Assembly (NCBI GenBank): GCA_000092065.1
Contig: CP000584.1
Reading direction: 5' to 3' (one strand)
DNA length: 64,000 nucleotides
DNA from: Ostreococcus lucimarinus
Lineage: Eukaryota
How positions within the stretch are numbered: the stretch's first letter is position 1; the number at the start of each line of letters is the position of its first letter. The translations under genes were made by a program, and so were the position numbers. Shown piece after piece: positions 18,967 through 29,380 of this stretch. A model generated the notes under the pieces. The model saw nothing but the letters and a program-made list of their open reading frames with translations, was not told the origin of the DNA and made no database searches.

Positions 18967-21900
18967 ATGCTCGCGACGACGCGCTTCGTCGAGCGCGCGA
19001 TGATGCAGCGGTGCGCGACGCGACGGGCGACGACGACGCGATCGGCGACGCGCGCGCGCGCCGCGACGACGACGCGATGGACGACGACGCGCGCGACGAC
19101 GACGAAGACGACGACGACGACGACGACGACGACGCGATGGACGACGACGACGACGACGACGACGACGCGACGGGGCGCGACGGTCGCGGGACGCGCGCGG
19201 GGCGAAGGCGGTGACGGTAAGGGAAAGAAGGAGAAGAACGCGTACGGCGCGACGGTGCGATTGCCGCAGACGACGTTCGAGATGCGGGCGAACAGCGTGC
19301 AAAAGGAACCTAAAATGCAGGCGTGGTGGGCCGAGCGCGGGGTGTACGAGCGGTTGCGAGCGAGGGAGGACGGGGCGGCGTTCACGCTGCACGATGGACC
19401 GCCGTACGCGAACGGGGATTTACACATCGGACACGCGTTGAATAAGATTTTGAAGGATTTCGTGAATCGGTGGGAGATGATGAACGGGAAGCGCGTGCGA
19501 TACGTGCCGGGATGGGACTGTCACGGGTTACCGATCGAGTTGAAGGTTTTGCAGAACATGGACGCGGAGGCGCGGAAGGCGCTGACGCCGATTAAACTGA
19601 GGTATAAGGCGAAAGCGTTCGCGATGAAAACGGTGGCCAGTCAGCGGGAGCAGTTTAAGAGGTATGGGATTTGGGCGGATTGGGACGAGCCGTACATGAC
19701 GCTGCTGCCCGAGTACGAGGCGGCGCAGTTGGAGGTGTTCGGGAAGATGTTTCTCAACGGGCACATTTATCGCGGGGAAAAACCCGTGCACTGGTCGCCT
19801 TCGAGCATGACGGCGCTCGCGGAGGCGGAGCTGGAGTACCCCGAAGGCCACGTATCGCAGAGTATTTACGTCCAATTTCCGGTGAGCGACGTTCCCGAGT
19901 CGACGCCGAGCGAGCTCAAGGCGCTTCTCGACGGCGCGTCTTTGGCGGTTTGGACCACGACGCCGTGGACCATGCCCGCAAACGCCGCGGTGGCGGTGAA
20001 CGCCAAGCTCGATTACTCCGTCTGTCGAGTGGAATCGACGGGAGCGACGCTCGTCGTCGCCGAAGGTTTACGCGAAGCCGTGGCGAGCAAGTTGGAAACC
20101 ACGCTCACGACGCTGGGCACGTTCAAGGGTCAAGACTTCGAGAACGTGCAATATCAGCACCCGTTCTACGAACGCAAGTCTCCAGTGATTATCGGTGGGG
20201 AGTACATCACCACCGAAGCCGGTACCGGTCTGGTGCACACCGCGCCGGGGCACGGGCAAGACGATTACATCTCCGGCATGAAGTATGGCTTGCCGTTGTA
20301 CTCTCCGGTGGATAACGCCGGTTTGTTCACGGCCGAAGCGGGGAGTGATTTAGAGGGGAAAGATGTTTTAGGCGATGGCAACGTTTTGTGCATCGAAAAG
20401 TTGACCTCTGCTGGGGCGTTGCTCAAGCAAGAGGCGTACAATCACAAGTACCCGTACGACTGGCGCACGAAAAAGCCGACGATTTTCCGCGCCACCGAGC
20501 AGTGGTTCGCTTCTGTTGAGGGCTTCCGTGAGAAGGCTTTGAGCGAGTTAGATAAGTTGGAGTTCATTCCGGAATCTGGTTCGAAGCGCATGCGACCGAT
20601 GGTGAGTGGGCGCGCGGACTGGTGCATCTCGCGCCAGCGCGCGTGGGGTGTGCCGATTCCGGCGTTTTACCACAAGGACACGAATGAGGTTTTGATGGAC
20701 GAATCCATCATCACGCACTTCACTGAAATCGTTCGCACACGAGGGACCGATGCGTGGTGGGAATTAGAAGTCGAGGACTTGTTGCCCGAGCAACACAAGG
20801 CCAAGGCGAATGATTACGTGCGCGGTTCGGACACGATGGACGTGTGGTTTGACTCCGGCAGCTCTTGGGCGGGCGTCGTGCAATCTCGCGGTCTTTCGTT
20901 CCCGGCGGATATGTATTTAGAAGGTAGCGATCAGCACCGAGGATGGTTCCAGTCGAGTTTACTCACCGGTGTCGCGTCCACCGGTCAAGCGCCGTACAAG
21001 AAGATTTTGACACACGGCTTCGTGCTCGACGAAAAAGGATACAAGATGTCAAAGTCCTTGGGGAACGTCATCGACCCGCGAACGGTGATCGAGGGAGGAA
21101 AGAACCAAAAGACAGAGCCTGGATATGGCGCCGATACCTTACGACTGTGGGTGGCGAGCACGGATTACACGGGTGATGTGAGCATCGGTATGAACATCAT
21201 CAAGCAAACGAGCGAGGCGTACCGCAAACTCAGAGGAACGATTCGCTTCTTGATGGGCGTGTTGGACGATTTCAAGCCAACCGAGGGCGTGGCGTACGAG
21301 TCGCTGCCGGCGTTCGAGAAGTACATTCTTAGCCGCCTGGATGCGACGATGCAGGAGATCGAGACGTCGTACAAGTCGCACGAGTACAGCCGCGTCGTCG
21401 CGGCCATCACCTCCTTCACCACGTTCCTGTCCAACGTGTACTTGGACGTGAGCAAGGACAAGTTGTACATTGGCGAACAGAACGACATCAAGCGCCGGGC
21501 GTGTCAAACCGTGGTTTCGGCCATCGTCGAGCGATTGATCGCCGCCATCGCCCCGCTCACCCCGCACATGGCTGAAGAGGCGTTTCAAGCGTTGCCTTAC
21601 GACAAACCCGGCGACGCCATCTCCGTCTTCATCGCCGGATGGCCGTCGAGACCCAGTACCTGGGCCTCGATCGATGCCGATGAGGTCAAGTTCTGGGATT
21701 CCTTCTTGGAGATTCGCGACACGGTGAACAAGGTGCTCGAAGATTCTCGTAACGCCAAACTCCTCGGCGCGTCGCTCGAAGCCAAGATCACCCTGCACTG
21801 CTCCGACGCCGATTTCGTCGCCAGGCTCAACCGCGAAGAAATCGCGCGAGACTTGCGTTACCTTTTCATCGTCAGTCAAGTCGAAGTCGTGACATCAAGT

Positions 21901-22131
21901 GACGCCGCCACCGCGGGATGCGACTTTAAATCCATCGTCGACGTCCCCGGCGCCGGCACCGTCTCCGTCGGCGTCGCGCGCGCCTCCGGAGCCAAGTGCG
22001 CTCGATGCTGGAACTTTTCCAACCTCGTCGGCGTCGACGCCAAGCACGCCACCCTGTGCGAACGATGCGTCCCGATCGTCAACGCCTCGCATCCCGATTT
22101 AGTCGTCGCCGCGCCCGCACCCGCGTCATGA
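18967..22131 (+). CDS. ileS: isoleucyl-tRNA synthetase, bacterial/organellar type with C-terminal zinc-binding motif; N-terminal presequence includes a poly-Thr tract
   Basis: HIGH (HIGHALNKILKDF) and KMSKS (KMSKSLGNV) motifs. WCISRQRAWGVPIP. C-terminal CARCWNF...CERC. The mature N-terminus TVRLPQTTFEMRANS aligns with bacterial IleRS. The in-frame ATG is at 18967 (alt 18778). The (ACG)n repeat translates as TTTTTTTTT inside the presequence. Confidence 0.9.
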   Translation: MLATTRFVERAMMQRCATRRATTTRSATRARAATTTRWTTTRATTTKTTTTTTTTTRWTTTTTTTTTRRGATVAGRARGEGGDGKGKKEKNAYGATVRLPQTTFEMRANSVQKEPKMQAWWAERGVYERLRAREDGAAFTLHDGPPYANGDLHIGHALNKILKDFVNRWEMMNGKRVRYVPGWDCHGLPIELKVLQNMDAEARKALTPIKLRYKAKAFAMKTVASQREQFKRYGIWADWDEPYMTLLPEYEAAQLEVFGKMFLNGHIYRGEKPVHWSPSSMTALAEAELEYPEGHVSQSIYVQFPVSDVPESTPSELKALLDGASLAVWTTTPWTMPANAAVAVNAKLDYSVCRVESTGATLVVAEGLREAVASKLETTLTTLGTFKGQDFENVQYQHPFYERKSPVIIGGEYITTEAGTGLVHTAPGHGQDDYISGMKYGLPLYSPVDNAGLFTAEAGSDLEGKDVLGDGNVLCIEKLTSAGALLKQEAYNHKYPYDWRTKKPTIFRATEQWFASVEGFREKALSELDKLEFIPESGSKRMRPMVSGRADWCISRQRAWGVPIPAFYHKDTNEVLMDESIITHFTEIVRTRGTDAWWELEVEDLLPEQHKAKANDYVRGSDTMDVWFDSGSSWAGVVQSRGLSFPADMYLEGSDQHRGWFQSSLLTGVASTGQAPYKKILTHGFVLDEKGYKMSKSLGNVIDPRTVIEGGKNQKTEPGYGADTLRLWVASTDYTGDVSIGMNIIKQTSEAYRKLRGTIRFLMGVLDDFKPTEGVAYESLPAFEKYILSRLDATMQEIETSYKSHEYSRVVAAITSFTTFLSNVYLDVSKDKLYIGEQNDIKRRACQTVVSAIVERLIAAIAPLTPHMAEEAFQALPYDKPGDAISVFIAGWPSRPSTWASIDADEVKFWDSFLEIRDTVNKVLEDSRNAKLLGASLEAKITLHCSDADFVARLNREEIARDLRYLFIVSQVEVVTSSDAATAGCDFKSIVDVPGAGTVSVGVARASGAKCARCWNFSNLVGVDAKHATLCERCVPIVNASHPDLVVAAPAPAS
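19081..19170. repeat. (GAC)n trinucleotide repeat (about 25 units, near perfect)
   Basis: Seen directly. In the IleRS frame it reads as poly-Thr. Confidence 0.7.
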
Positions 22132-22281
22132 GCGCCTAGCCGTTTCATCCATTCGTAAGCATTCTTTCCCTCGGTCATTCGAGCGCGCTCGCCGCTCGCC
22201 GCTCGCCGCTCGCGGCGCCATCGGTCGCGTCATCGCTCGCATCGCGCGCCGCACACCGCACCGCCGGGTCCCGCGAGCGCG

Positions 22282-23139
22282 ATGCCCCGCCCTCGCGCGT
22301 CTCAAACGCCGTCGTTCGCGCTCGAATTCGCGTCCTCCTTCGTCGTCTGCGCCGCGCTCGCGACGCTCGACGTCCAAGCGACGCTCGCGCGAAAATATCT
22401 CGGCCCGATCCTCGAACGGGTCGGCGCGCGCGCGCTCGCGGACGATGACGCCGCGGTGACGCTGGCGCTGCTGTTCGTGAACCTCGCGATCGTGTTCTCG
22501 CCGTCGTATCAGGCGCTGACGCGAGGGGCGACGAACAATCCGACGGCGTACGCGCTGAAGGGGATGTTGGGCGACACGGGAGCGGCGCGGGCGTGCGCGA
22601 ACGCGTGCGCGGCGGTGCTGGCGCACGTCTGCGCGCTGAAGGCGGTGATGGTGGTGATGCGAACGCACCCAGAGTATCTGCCGGGTAAGGGCGCGATCGC
22701 GCCGATCGTGCCGACGGGGACGACGGCGTCGGCGGCGGCGGCGGAGACAGCCGTGGTCGCGGCTAATTTTTTATTCTTCGGTTTGGCCGAACGCGCGTTC
22801 GCCGCGGCGCTGATCCCGACGCTCGTGAGCGGGTTTTACGTGATGACGATGATGATCGAAGGGTGCAGGTACTCGTGCGGGTACATGAACCCGTCGACGG
22901 TGATCGCCAGTCACGCGTTGGCGGGCGACTTGAAATCGCGAGAAGCCTTTGAAGCCATCGCGCCGTACGTCATCGGCGGTATCGCCGGCTCCGTCATCGT
23001 CGCCATCGCGGCGAAAGTGCTCGTTCCCGAACCAAAGAGCGCGAAGCGCGCGCGCGCGCAATCAAAGGCGGTGGTGCGATCGATTTCAAAGGCGCGAGCG
23101 GGAGGCGCGGCGACGCGCAAAGGCGCAAAGCAAAAGTAG
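22282..23139 (+). CDS. aquaporin-like major intrinsic protein with divergent NPT / NPS motifs (SIP-like)
   Basis: ATG at 22282. About six hydrophobic segments. GATNNPTAYA and CGYMNPSTVIA sit at the positions of the two NPA boxes. Basic C-terminal tail. Confidence 0.5.
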   Translation: MPRPRASQTPSFALEFASSFVVCAALATLDVQATLARKYLGPILERVGARALADDDAAVTLALLFVNLAIVFSPSYQALTRGATNNPTAYALKGMLGDTGAARACANACAAVLAHVCALKAVMVVMRTHPEYLPGKGAIAPIVPTGTTASAAAAETAVVAANFLFFGLAERAFAAALIPTLVSGFYVMTMMIEGCRYSCGYMNPSTVIASHALAGDLKSREAFEAIAPYVIGGIAGSVIVAIAAKVLVPEPKSAKRARAQSKAVVRSISKARAGGAATRKGAKQK

Positions 23140-23330
23140 CGCGCTCATCATTCGAGCGTCCTGAATGTAACAAAAAGCGCGCACGCGAGAGCGTACGAGC
23201 CACCATCGTCGTCATCGTCGTCGTCGTCGCGAGTGTCGATCACGAGGTCTCTTCAACTCATACTGTTTGTTTTAAAAGAAAATTTTACGCGTTCGATGTC
23301 GCGTCGAAGTCGTCGCGAGTCAAAGACTCT

Positions 23331-23972
23331 TTACACGAGTTCCGGCAGGTCCTCCTCGTCGCCCTCTTCCACCGACTCCAGCGTCGACCCCGCCTTGGTA
23401 GTTTCTTCGGCTTTCATGCTCGCGATGAGCTCTTGGAGCTTGGCCATGTCCGGTTCGCCCGCGCCGCCGCCCGCGCCGCCGCCCGCGCCGCCGCCCGCGC
23501 CCCCCCCCATGCCAGCCATGAGTTGCGAGAAATCCATCCCTCCCGGCATCCCACCGCCGCCCACGCCACCCGGCATCCCACCACCGCCGCCCATCATGCT
23601 CTGCATGTCGAATCCGCTCGTATCGATGTCTCCCGCGTCGTCGTCCTCGTCCGCCCAGCGATCGAAATCGACGTGCAGATTCGCCGGTTTCTTCTCCCCC
23701 TCTCGCAGCAACCGCTCCCACCACTTCGCCTCCTCCTTGATCAGCACGCAAAACACCTGTCGCTCCGTCACCGCGTACGTCGACTTCTCCTTCGACACGT
23801 CCGCGAACAGCGCGATGCGTTCCTCGTACGTCGCGCCGGCCGCCGTCGCGCGAAACGTAAACTCCCGCGCCTCGATCGTCACCTCCGCGTCCTTCGCGTC
23901 CGGGAGTTCGATCGTGAGGTACACCTTATCCTCGCGCTCGCACCACTTCATCCGCGGGTGCAGCGTCGCCAT
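23331..23972 (-). CDS. HSP90 co-chaperone p23 (CS domain) with Gly/Met-rich repeats
   Basis: ATG at 23972. MATLHPRMKWCEREDKVYLTIELPDAKDAEV...KWWERLL matches p23/Sba1. A plant-type (MGGG)n tail is present. Confidence 0.85.
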   Translation of the reverse strand: MATLHPRMKWCEREDKVYLTIELPDAKDAEVTIEAREFTFRATAAGATYEERIALFADVSKEKSTYAVTERQVFCVLIKEEAKWWERLLREGEKKPANLHVDFDRWADEDDDAGDIDTSGFDMQSMMGGGGGMPGGVGGGGMPGGMDFSQLMAGMGGGAGGGAGGGAGGGAGEPDMAKLQELIASMKAEETTKAGSTLESVEEGDEEDLPELV

Positions 23973-24369
23973 GGTCGTCGGCGACGCGCGCGCGATGGAA
24001 CGGCGTCCGAGATCGCCGACGCCCGCGGATCGAACCCAGGCGCACACGGACCATCGGAGACGACCACACGAACCACACGGACCGTCGCGTCGTCGACGCG
24101 ACGCGCGGCGCGAATCGTCGCGACGACGAAGACGCGACAGACGGCGACGACGCGCGACGAGCGGCGACGGCGAACGTCCGACGCGCGACGACGCGACGCG
24201 CGACCGCGACGAGGCGCGCGGCGTCGAAGCGACGACGCACGACGCGGAACGAATCGACGAAACGACGCGACGACGCGACCGACGCGCGGGCGAAGGCGAC
24301 GCGCGGGCGAAGGCGACGGCGATGACGACGATCGAGGCGAAGGAGATCGAGGCGCTGACGATCGCGAGC

Positions 24370-25620
24370 ATGGCGACGCGAGACGCGGTGCGCGAGCGAC
24401 GCGATGAGCGAGAGAAACGCGAGCGATGGCGACGGATGACGCGAATGCGAAATCAAGACGTTTAAATTGAACGGGACGCGCGCGGGGCGGCGAGGGAGGG
24501 GGCGAACGAGAGACTGACGGGACGATGGCGATGGAAACAGGTGTACGAGACGCTGCGAATCGATGGTGATCCGAATGAGGTCGGACACGTGATACACACG
24601 GGCGCGTCGGGGGCGTCGAGGGAGATTAGCTACGAGACGGTGCGCGTCGTCGGACACGGGTCCTTCGGCGTGGTGTATCAGGCGAGGTGTCGCGAGAACG
24701 ACGAGGAGGTGGCGATCAAGAAGGTGTTGCAAGATAAGAGGTTTAAAAATCGTGAGTTGCAAATCATGAAGGCGGTCGATCACACGAACGTGGTGAAGTT
24801 GATACATAGCTTTTATCACACGACGGAGGAGGACGAGGTGTATTTGAATTTGGTTTTAGAATTCGTCCCCGATACCGTTTACAGAATCGGTAAGCACTAC
24901 CACAAGAATAACCAGCGCATGCCGGGGTTACTGGTGAAATTGTACACGTATCAAATGGCGCGCGCGTTGGCGAGCGTGCACAAGCTGGGGATTTGTCACC
25001 GCGACATCAAGCCACAAAATTTACTCGTGGATACGAAGACGCACGTGTTGAAAATTTGCGACTTTGGTAGCGCGAAGATTTTAGCACCGACGGAGCCGAA
25101 CATCTCTTACATCTGTTCGAGATACTACCGCGCACCCGAATTGATATTCGGCGCCGTGCACTACACGACGGCGATTGATATTTGGAGCACCGGCTGCGTC
25201 ATGGCGGAGATGTTGCTCGGGTCCCCGTTGTTCCCGGGCGATAGCGGCGTCGATCAGCTCGTGGAAATCATCAAAGTTTTGGGAACTCCCACGAAGGAGC
25301 AAATAATGCACATGAATCCGGGCTACACCGAGTTTACGTTTCCTCAACTCAAGCCCCACTCGTGGTCGAAAGTCTTCTCGAAGAATGTCGACCCGCTGGC
25401 GCTCGATTTGATTTCAAAAATTTTAGTGTACGTACCAGAGAGCCGTTTCGACTGTATGACAATGTGTGCGCATGAATACTTCGACGAGCTTCGCGACGAG
25501 GCGACAACGTTACCGGACGGCAGTCCGCTGCCGCCGTTGTTCAACTTTTCAGACGGCGAACTGGAATCGCTCAGCGACGAGTTGAAGAAGAAACTCGTGC
25601 CGGCGCACTCGCGCAAATAA
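24370..25620 (+). CDS. GSK3: glycogen synthase kinase 3 / shaggy-like kinase; proposed two exons 24370(or 24322)..24387 and 24541..25620
   Basis: Kinase core [13 protein letters not shown]...[10 protein letters not shown]...DFGSAK...SRYYRAPE. The track start at 24541 is GTG, and no in-frame ATG lies upstream before the stop at 24463. AACAG|GTG at 24540/24541 is preceded by GACTGACGG 22 nt upstream. ATG GCG ACG CGA GAC GCG | GTGCGC at 24370-24393 gives a phase-0 first exon (MATRDA). Confidence 0.8.
24388..24540 (+). other. proposed intron (153 nt), GTGCGC donor / GACTGAC branch / CAG acceptor
   Basis: See GSK3. It shares the gcgaacgagagactgacg block with the 13925-14027 element. Confidence 0.4.
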
Positions 25621-25772
25621 ACGACAAGACGATGAATATTTATTTATTGCGTTCGAGTCGCATTGTTGTACACTAACGCACGCCGCGTCGCGCGGCGTGA
25701 AATAGAAATAGTCGTCTTCTGAATAACATCTTCCGCGATTACCTAAAAATTTTACCGTAGCGCGCGCCGTGT

Positions 25773-26582
25773 TTAGACTTCGAACGGGGTGAAATCCGGT
25801 TGGTCGAACAGTTGCGCCTTGTCCACGCAAGACAACACCTTCCCATTCGCCTTTTCCTTCAACACGCACTTGATGACCAAATCCGCGACGTCTTCGCGAT
25901 GAATAGCGCCGCAGATGCTCTTGTCCTCGGTGAGCACCGCCGTCCCCGTCGCCGGTTCGCTCTTCAAGCCACCCGGTCGCACAATCACGTACGCCATCCC
26001 CGTCTTCGCGCTCACCACCTTCAAGTGCTCTTCAGCCTTCGCCTTCTCGATCAACACCGGCTTCAACGCGTCGAACACATTCGGCGGCGGCGCGTCCGCG
26101 CTATCGCCCGTTCCGATGCTCGTCACGAGCACAAACTTCCCGACGCCCTTCGCCGCCGCCGCATCGATCAGCGCGATGTTCGCCTCGCTATCCGCCCGAG
26201 GCTCCGCGGGCGTCCCTCCGATCGTGCTCACGACCGCGTCGTACTCATCGCTCTGGTTCATCGCCTTTTCGACATCCTTCGCGTTCAGCGCGTCGCCCTT
26301 CACCAGAAACCCTCCCACGGATTCGATCTCCTTGCGATTCGTCTCGTGCCTTTGCAGCACCGTGGCCCACGTCCCCTTCTCCGTGAGCTGCCGGAACACG
26401 TCCATGGCGACGCCGTTTCCGCCGCACACCAAGACGGAGATGTTATCGGGCTCGAGATCGCCCGCGCGCGCGACGATCGCGCGACGCGAGGTTTGGATAG
26501 CGATCGGCGCTTTGCGCGCGGATTTCATCGCGCGCGCGCGGACGGCGACGGCGACGACGCTCGAGACGGCGACGGTGGACAT
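25773..26582 (-). CDS. NAD(P)-binding Rossmann-fold protein (NmrA/atypical SDR-like), plastid-targeted
   Basis: ISVLVCGGNGVAMDVF glycine-rich motif and FVLVTSIG. ATG at 26582. A Ser/Val/Arg-rich presequence follows the ATG. The longer track ORF (to 26792) is Arg-rich. Confidence 0.65.
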   Translation of the reverse strand: MSTVAVSSVVAVAVRARAMKSARKAPIAIQTSRRAIVARAGDLEPDNISVLVCGGNGVAMDVFRQLTEKGTWATVLQRHETNRKEIESVGGFLVKGDALNAKDVEKAMNQSDEYDAVVSTIGGTPAEPRADSEANIALIDAAAAKGVGKFVLVTSIGTGDSADAPPPNVFDALKPVLIEKAKAEEHLKVVSAKTGMAYVIVRPGGLKSEPATGTAVLTEDKSICGAIHREDVADLVIKCVLKEKANGKVLSCVDKAQLFDQPDFTPFEV

Positions 26583-26805
26583 CGTGAGCGCTGTGCGCGA
26601 GCGGTGAGCGGTGGCGTCGCGACGACGAGTTGTGCGGCGCGCGCGAGGGCGATGGGCTTTATCCACTCTGAGAGTAACCGCCGCCGACGCGCGAGGAGAT
26701 TTTTTCGAGCCGCGGGTCCGGAGACGATGACGCGTCGAACGACGGGCGCGCGGCGCGACGGGCGAATCGGATGAAAATATCGTGAGTGACACGGCGCGAT
26801 CGAGG

Positions 26806-29189
26806 CTAGTGCATGCGGGTGACGCGACGACCCTCGGCGCGTTCGGCGACGTCGCCGCGTTGCGTCATCACGAGCAAGGCGCGGGTGACGGCCCATTCGT
26901 TGACGCCGATGCGGGACAGATCGTCGATGAGGTGACGCTTGGACATGGTGGCGCCGATAGCGAGCTTTTGACGGATCTGCGTTTCGACGACTTGGAGCTC
27001 TTCGCGCTGTTCGGCGCTGAGGACGACCATATCGGCGACGCCCGAACGCGCGGCGTCGATGGTGGACACTTCGAACAAGCGCAACGCCTCTTGCACGTGC
27101 TCTTCGGTGACGGTGGATTGAAGGCACATCTTAGCCAACGATTCAGAGATTCGCACGATGGCTTCGAGTTGACGGACGGTGATCGGGACCGCGGCGTGGC
27201 CACCCGTGCGCTTGCGCTCGCGCATTTCCTCGCGATACTTGACGTACGAATCCTCTAACATGCGCATCGCCCGCTCACCCACGCGCGGCTTGCACATCGC
27301 TCGAGCGTACTCGATGTAGCGTTTCAAGAACTGACGTTCCTTTTCTTGCTGCGGATCTGCCGCGAGCGCGAGCTCATCGCCACCGCCGGCGTGAATATTC
27401 AACACGTGATCCGCGATTTGCATGTCGCGCTCGTACACTCGTTCGTCTCTGACGATGAAAATCATGTCGAAACGGGATAAAATAGTCGTTTGCAAATCGA
27501 TGTTCTCTTGTGCCGTTTTCAAATCGTCGTACCGCCCACTTGGAGGGTTCGCCGCGGCGAGCACGGCGGTTCGACTGTTGAGCATAGTCGTGATGCCCGC
27601 CTTGGCGATGGAAATCGTTTGCTGCTCCATGGCTTCGTGGATAGCGACACGATCTTCGTCGCGCATCTTATCAAACTCATCAATGCACACGCACCCGCCG
27701 TCTGCGAGTACCATGGCACCCCCCTCGAGATAGAACTCACCATTGCTGTCTCGAATCACCGACGCCGTGAGACCGGCGGCGGACGAACCTTTACCCGACG
27801 TGTACACGCACACTGGCGCCGTTCGTTCGACAAATTTCAAGAACTGCGACTTGGCAGTGGAAGGATCACCGAGCAAAAGCACATTAACATCGCCTCTTCG
27901 CGCTGTGCCATCCGGGTGCTCCTTGCGCGTGCCCGAGAAGAGCAAGCACGTCACCGCCGCTTTGATGTCGTCGCTCCCAAAAATCGCCGGCGCCACGCGA
28001 CTGCGAAGATCTTTCACAACGTCCTTAAACGGGCGATGGGCAAAGGTTTTGAACTCAGTATGCTCGGCATCAGTGAAATGTGCGTCGCCTCTAGCACCTT
28101 CCGTCTCTTCATCGATGCCTACGACTCGCAAATAGGCGTGCTGCACGGCGACTTTCCCTCCGCCGCGGTCGCGCTTGCTACTTCCACCTGCGTTCGTCGT
28201 CTCGTATACGCCCATGAGCTTCACGCGCGTGCCTGGAACGACCGATAAAACCATTGTACGTTCGACTAATACGGTCATGTTCCGCGGCATCTCCCCCGCC
28301 GGCACACACTCTGGGTTCTCTTGCAATTTCATATTCTGTTGGTCGATGAACGAACTCTTCTCCGGAACGATGCGATACGGATCCGTCCCGCACGGATTCG
28401 CCTCCTGCCCAACCTGTGTATCCCTACCAACCTGCGCTGAACAAAACCGAGGAACGTTCGCCCCGCTGTACCCTGCACCAAGATGAACCGAGATCGTGCT
28501 CTTGCACTTCTGACACTCGAGCGCCATATGCTTTGCCTTGGTTCTCGCCTTTGACGTCGCGATGACGATACCGGGTACGTACACCAACGTCCCCACATCG
28601 CTCGAATTCAAAGTCCTCAACGGGCGCGGAATCTCTTTCGACGTAAGTTTCACTTGCACGCTCGCCCGTCCCGGCGCCCGATCTCTCGACGCGCGATCCT
28701 CCTCCTCTAAGTACGCGTCCCCATCCGCCGCCGCCAACGCGTCGCTCGGTCGCAAGCTCTCCAACACGTCCTGCACCGCCTCCTCCAATATCGGCAAGTA
28801 ATCGTTCGGTTCCATTCGCATCGCTCGCGCTAATTCCGCATCGTGCGCGATCAAATCATCAAAGCATATCTTCAAATCCTTCGGCGTCGTCGCGCGATCG
28901 AGTTCATCTCTGTATTTGAGTCGCCCGTCCGGCGCGCTCGCGTCTGGTGCGCTTCGAAAGTTTCGCAAAAAGTCCACAAACTTCGCCCGCGCTTGGCTCG
29001 GCGTCACACCTCGCGCGCGCCGCGCTTCGAGATCGGCGTCGACGACCGGTTCGGCATCGGCGTCGTCGTAGACGTAATCTTCACCTTCGGCTGCGCGCGA
29101 AAATTTTGAAATCGTCAGTCGTCGAGTCGTCGCGCGCGTCGGTAGAGCGCGGTTTCGGGGCGATCGAGCGCGCGCGACGCACCGTCCAT
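26806..29189 (-). CDS. MCM5: DNA replication licensing factor MCM5; two exons 29183..29189 (ATGGACG) and 26806..29090
   Basis: MCM box (Walker A GDPSTAKSQ, IDEFDKM, arginine finger SRFD). The zinc finger/loop DPYRIVPEKSSFIDQQNMKLQENPECVPAGEMPRNM matches MCM5. The track start at 29007 is GTG. Upstream in frame, AAEGEDYVYDDADAEPVV aligns to the MCM5 N-terminus and runs into CGCGCGCAG| with GACTGACGAT 23 nt upstream. ATG GAC G|GTGCGT lies at 29189-29177. Confidence 0.9.
29091..29182 (-). other. intron (92 nt, phase 1) following a 7-nt first exon
   Basis: GTGCGT donor, GACTGACGAT branch motif, TTTTCGCGCGCAG acceptor. Shares tgactgacgat/aaaatt blocks with the SMC2 and CDCA7-like introns. Confidence 0.6.
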
Positions 29190-29380
29190 GCTCGCGCGCG
29201 CGTGCGTGCGCGTGCGCGGCGAGGCGATCGACGCGCGAGGCGCGATGTGGTGCGAAGTGTCTATTTTGAATCAGCGCTTTTGACAGCTGGGAGAGAGATT
29301 CAAAGAGAGCGCGCGCCCGGACGGGCTAGAAATTAAGATATTTTATTCGGTGCTGCGAGACTGATCTAACGGTCGCAGTG

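Noticed and set aside
18711-19200. Tandem repeats as possible CRISPR array
   Set aside because: The units are 3-8 bp microsatellites without spacers. The genome is eukaryotic.
18967-22131. Bacterial-type IleRS as contamination or HGT island
   Set aside because: GC content, codon usage and the flanking eukaryotic genes match the rest of the window. An N-terminal presequence indicates a nuclear-encoded organellar synthetase.
23433-24407. 324-aa plus-strand ORF antisense to p23
   Set aside because: Low complexity (R/A/H-rich). p23 on the minus strand is unambiguous.
24541-24543. GTG as the real GSK3 start codon
   Set aside because: Nuclear eukaryotic genes do not normally initiate at GTG. An upstream spliced ATG exon fits better.
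25800-26774. 324-aa plus ORF antisense to the NmrA-like gene
   Set aside because: Arg/His-rich low complexity. The sense gene has clear Rossmann motifs.
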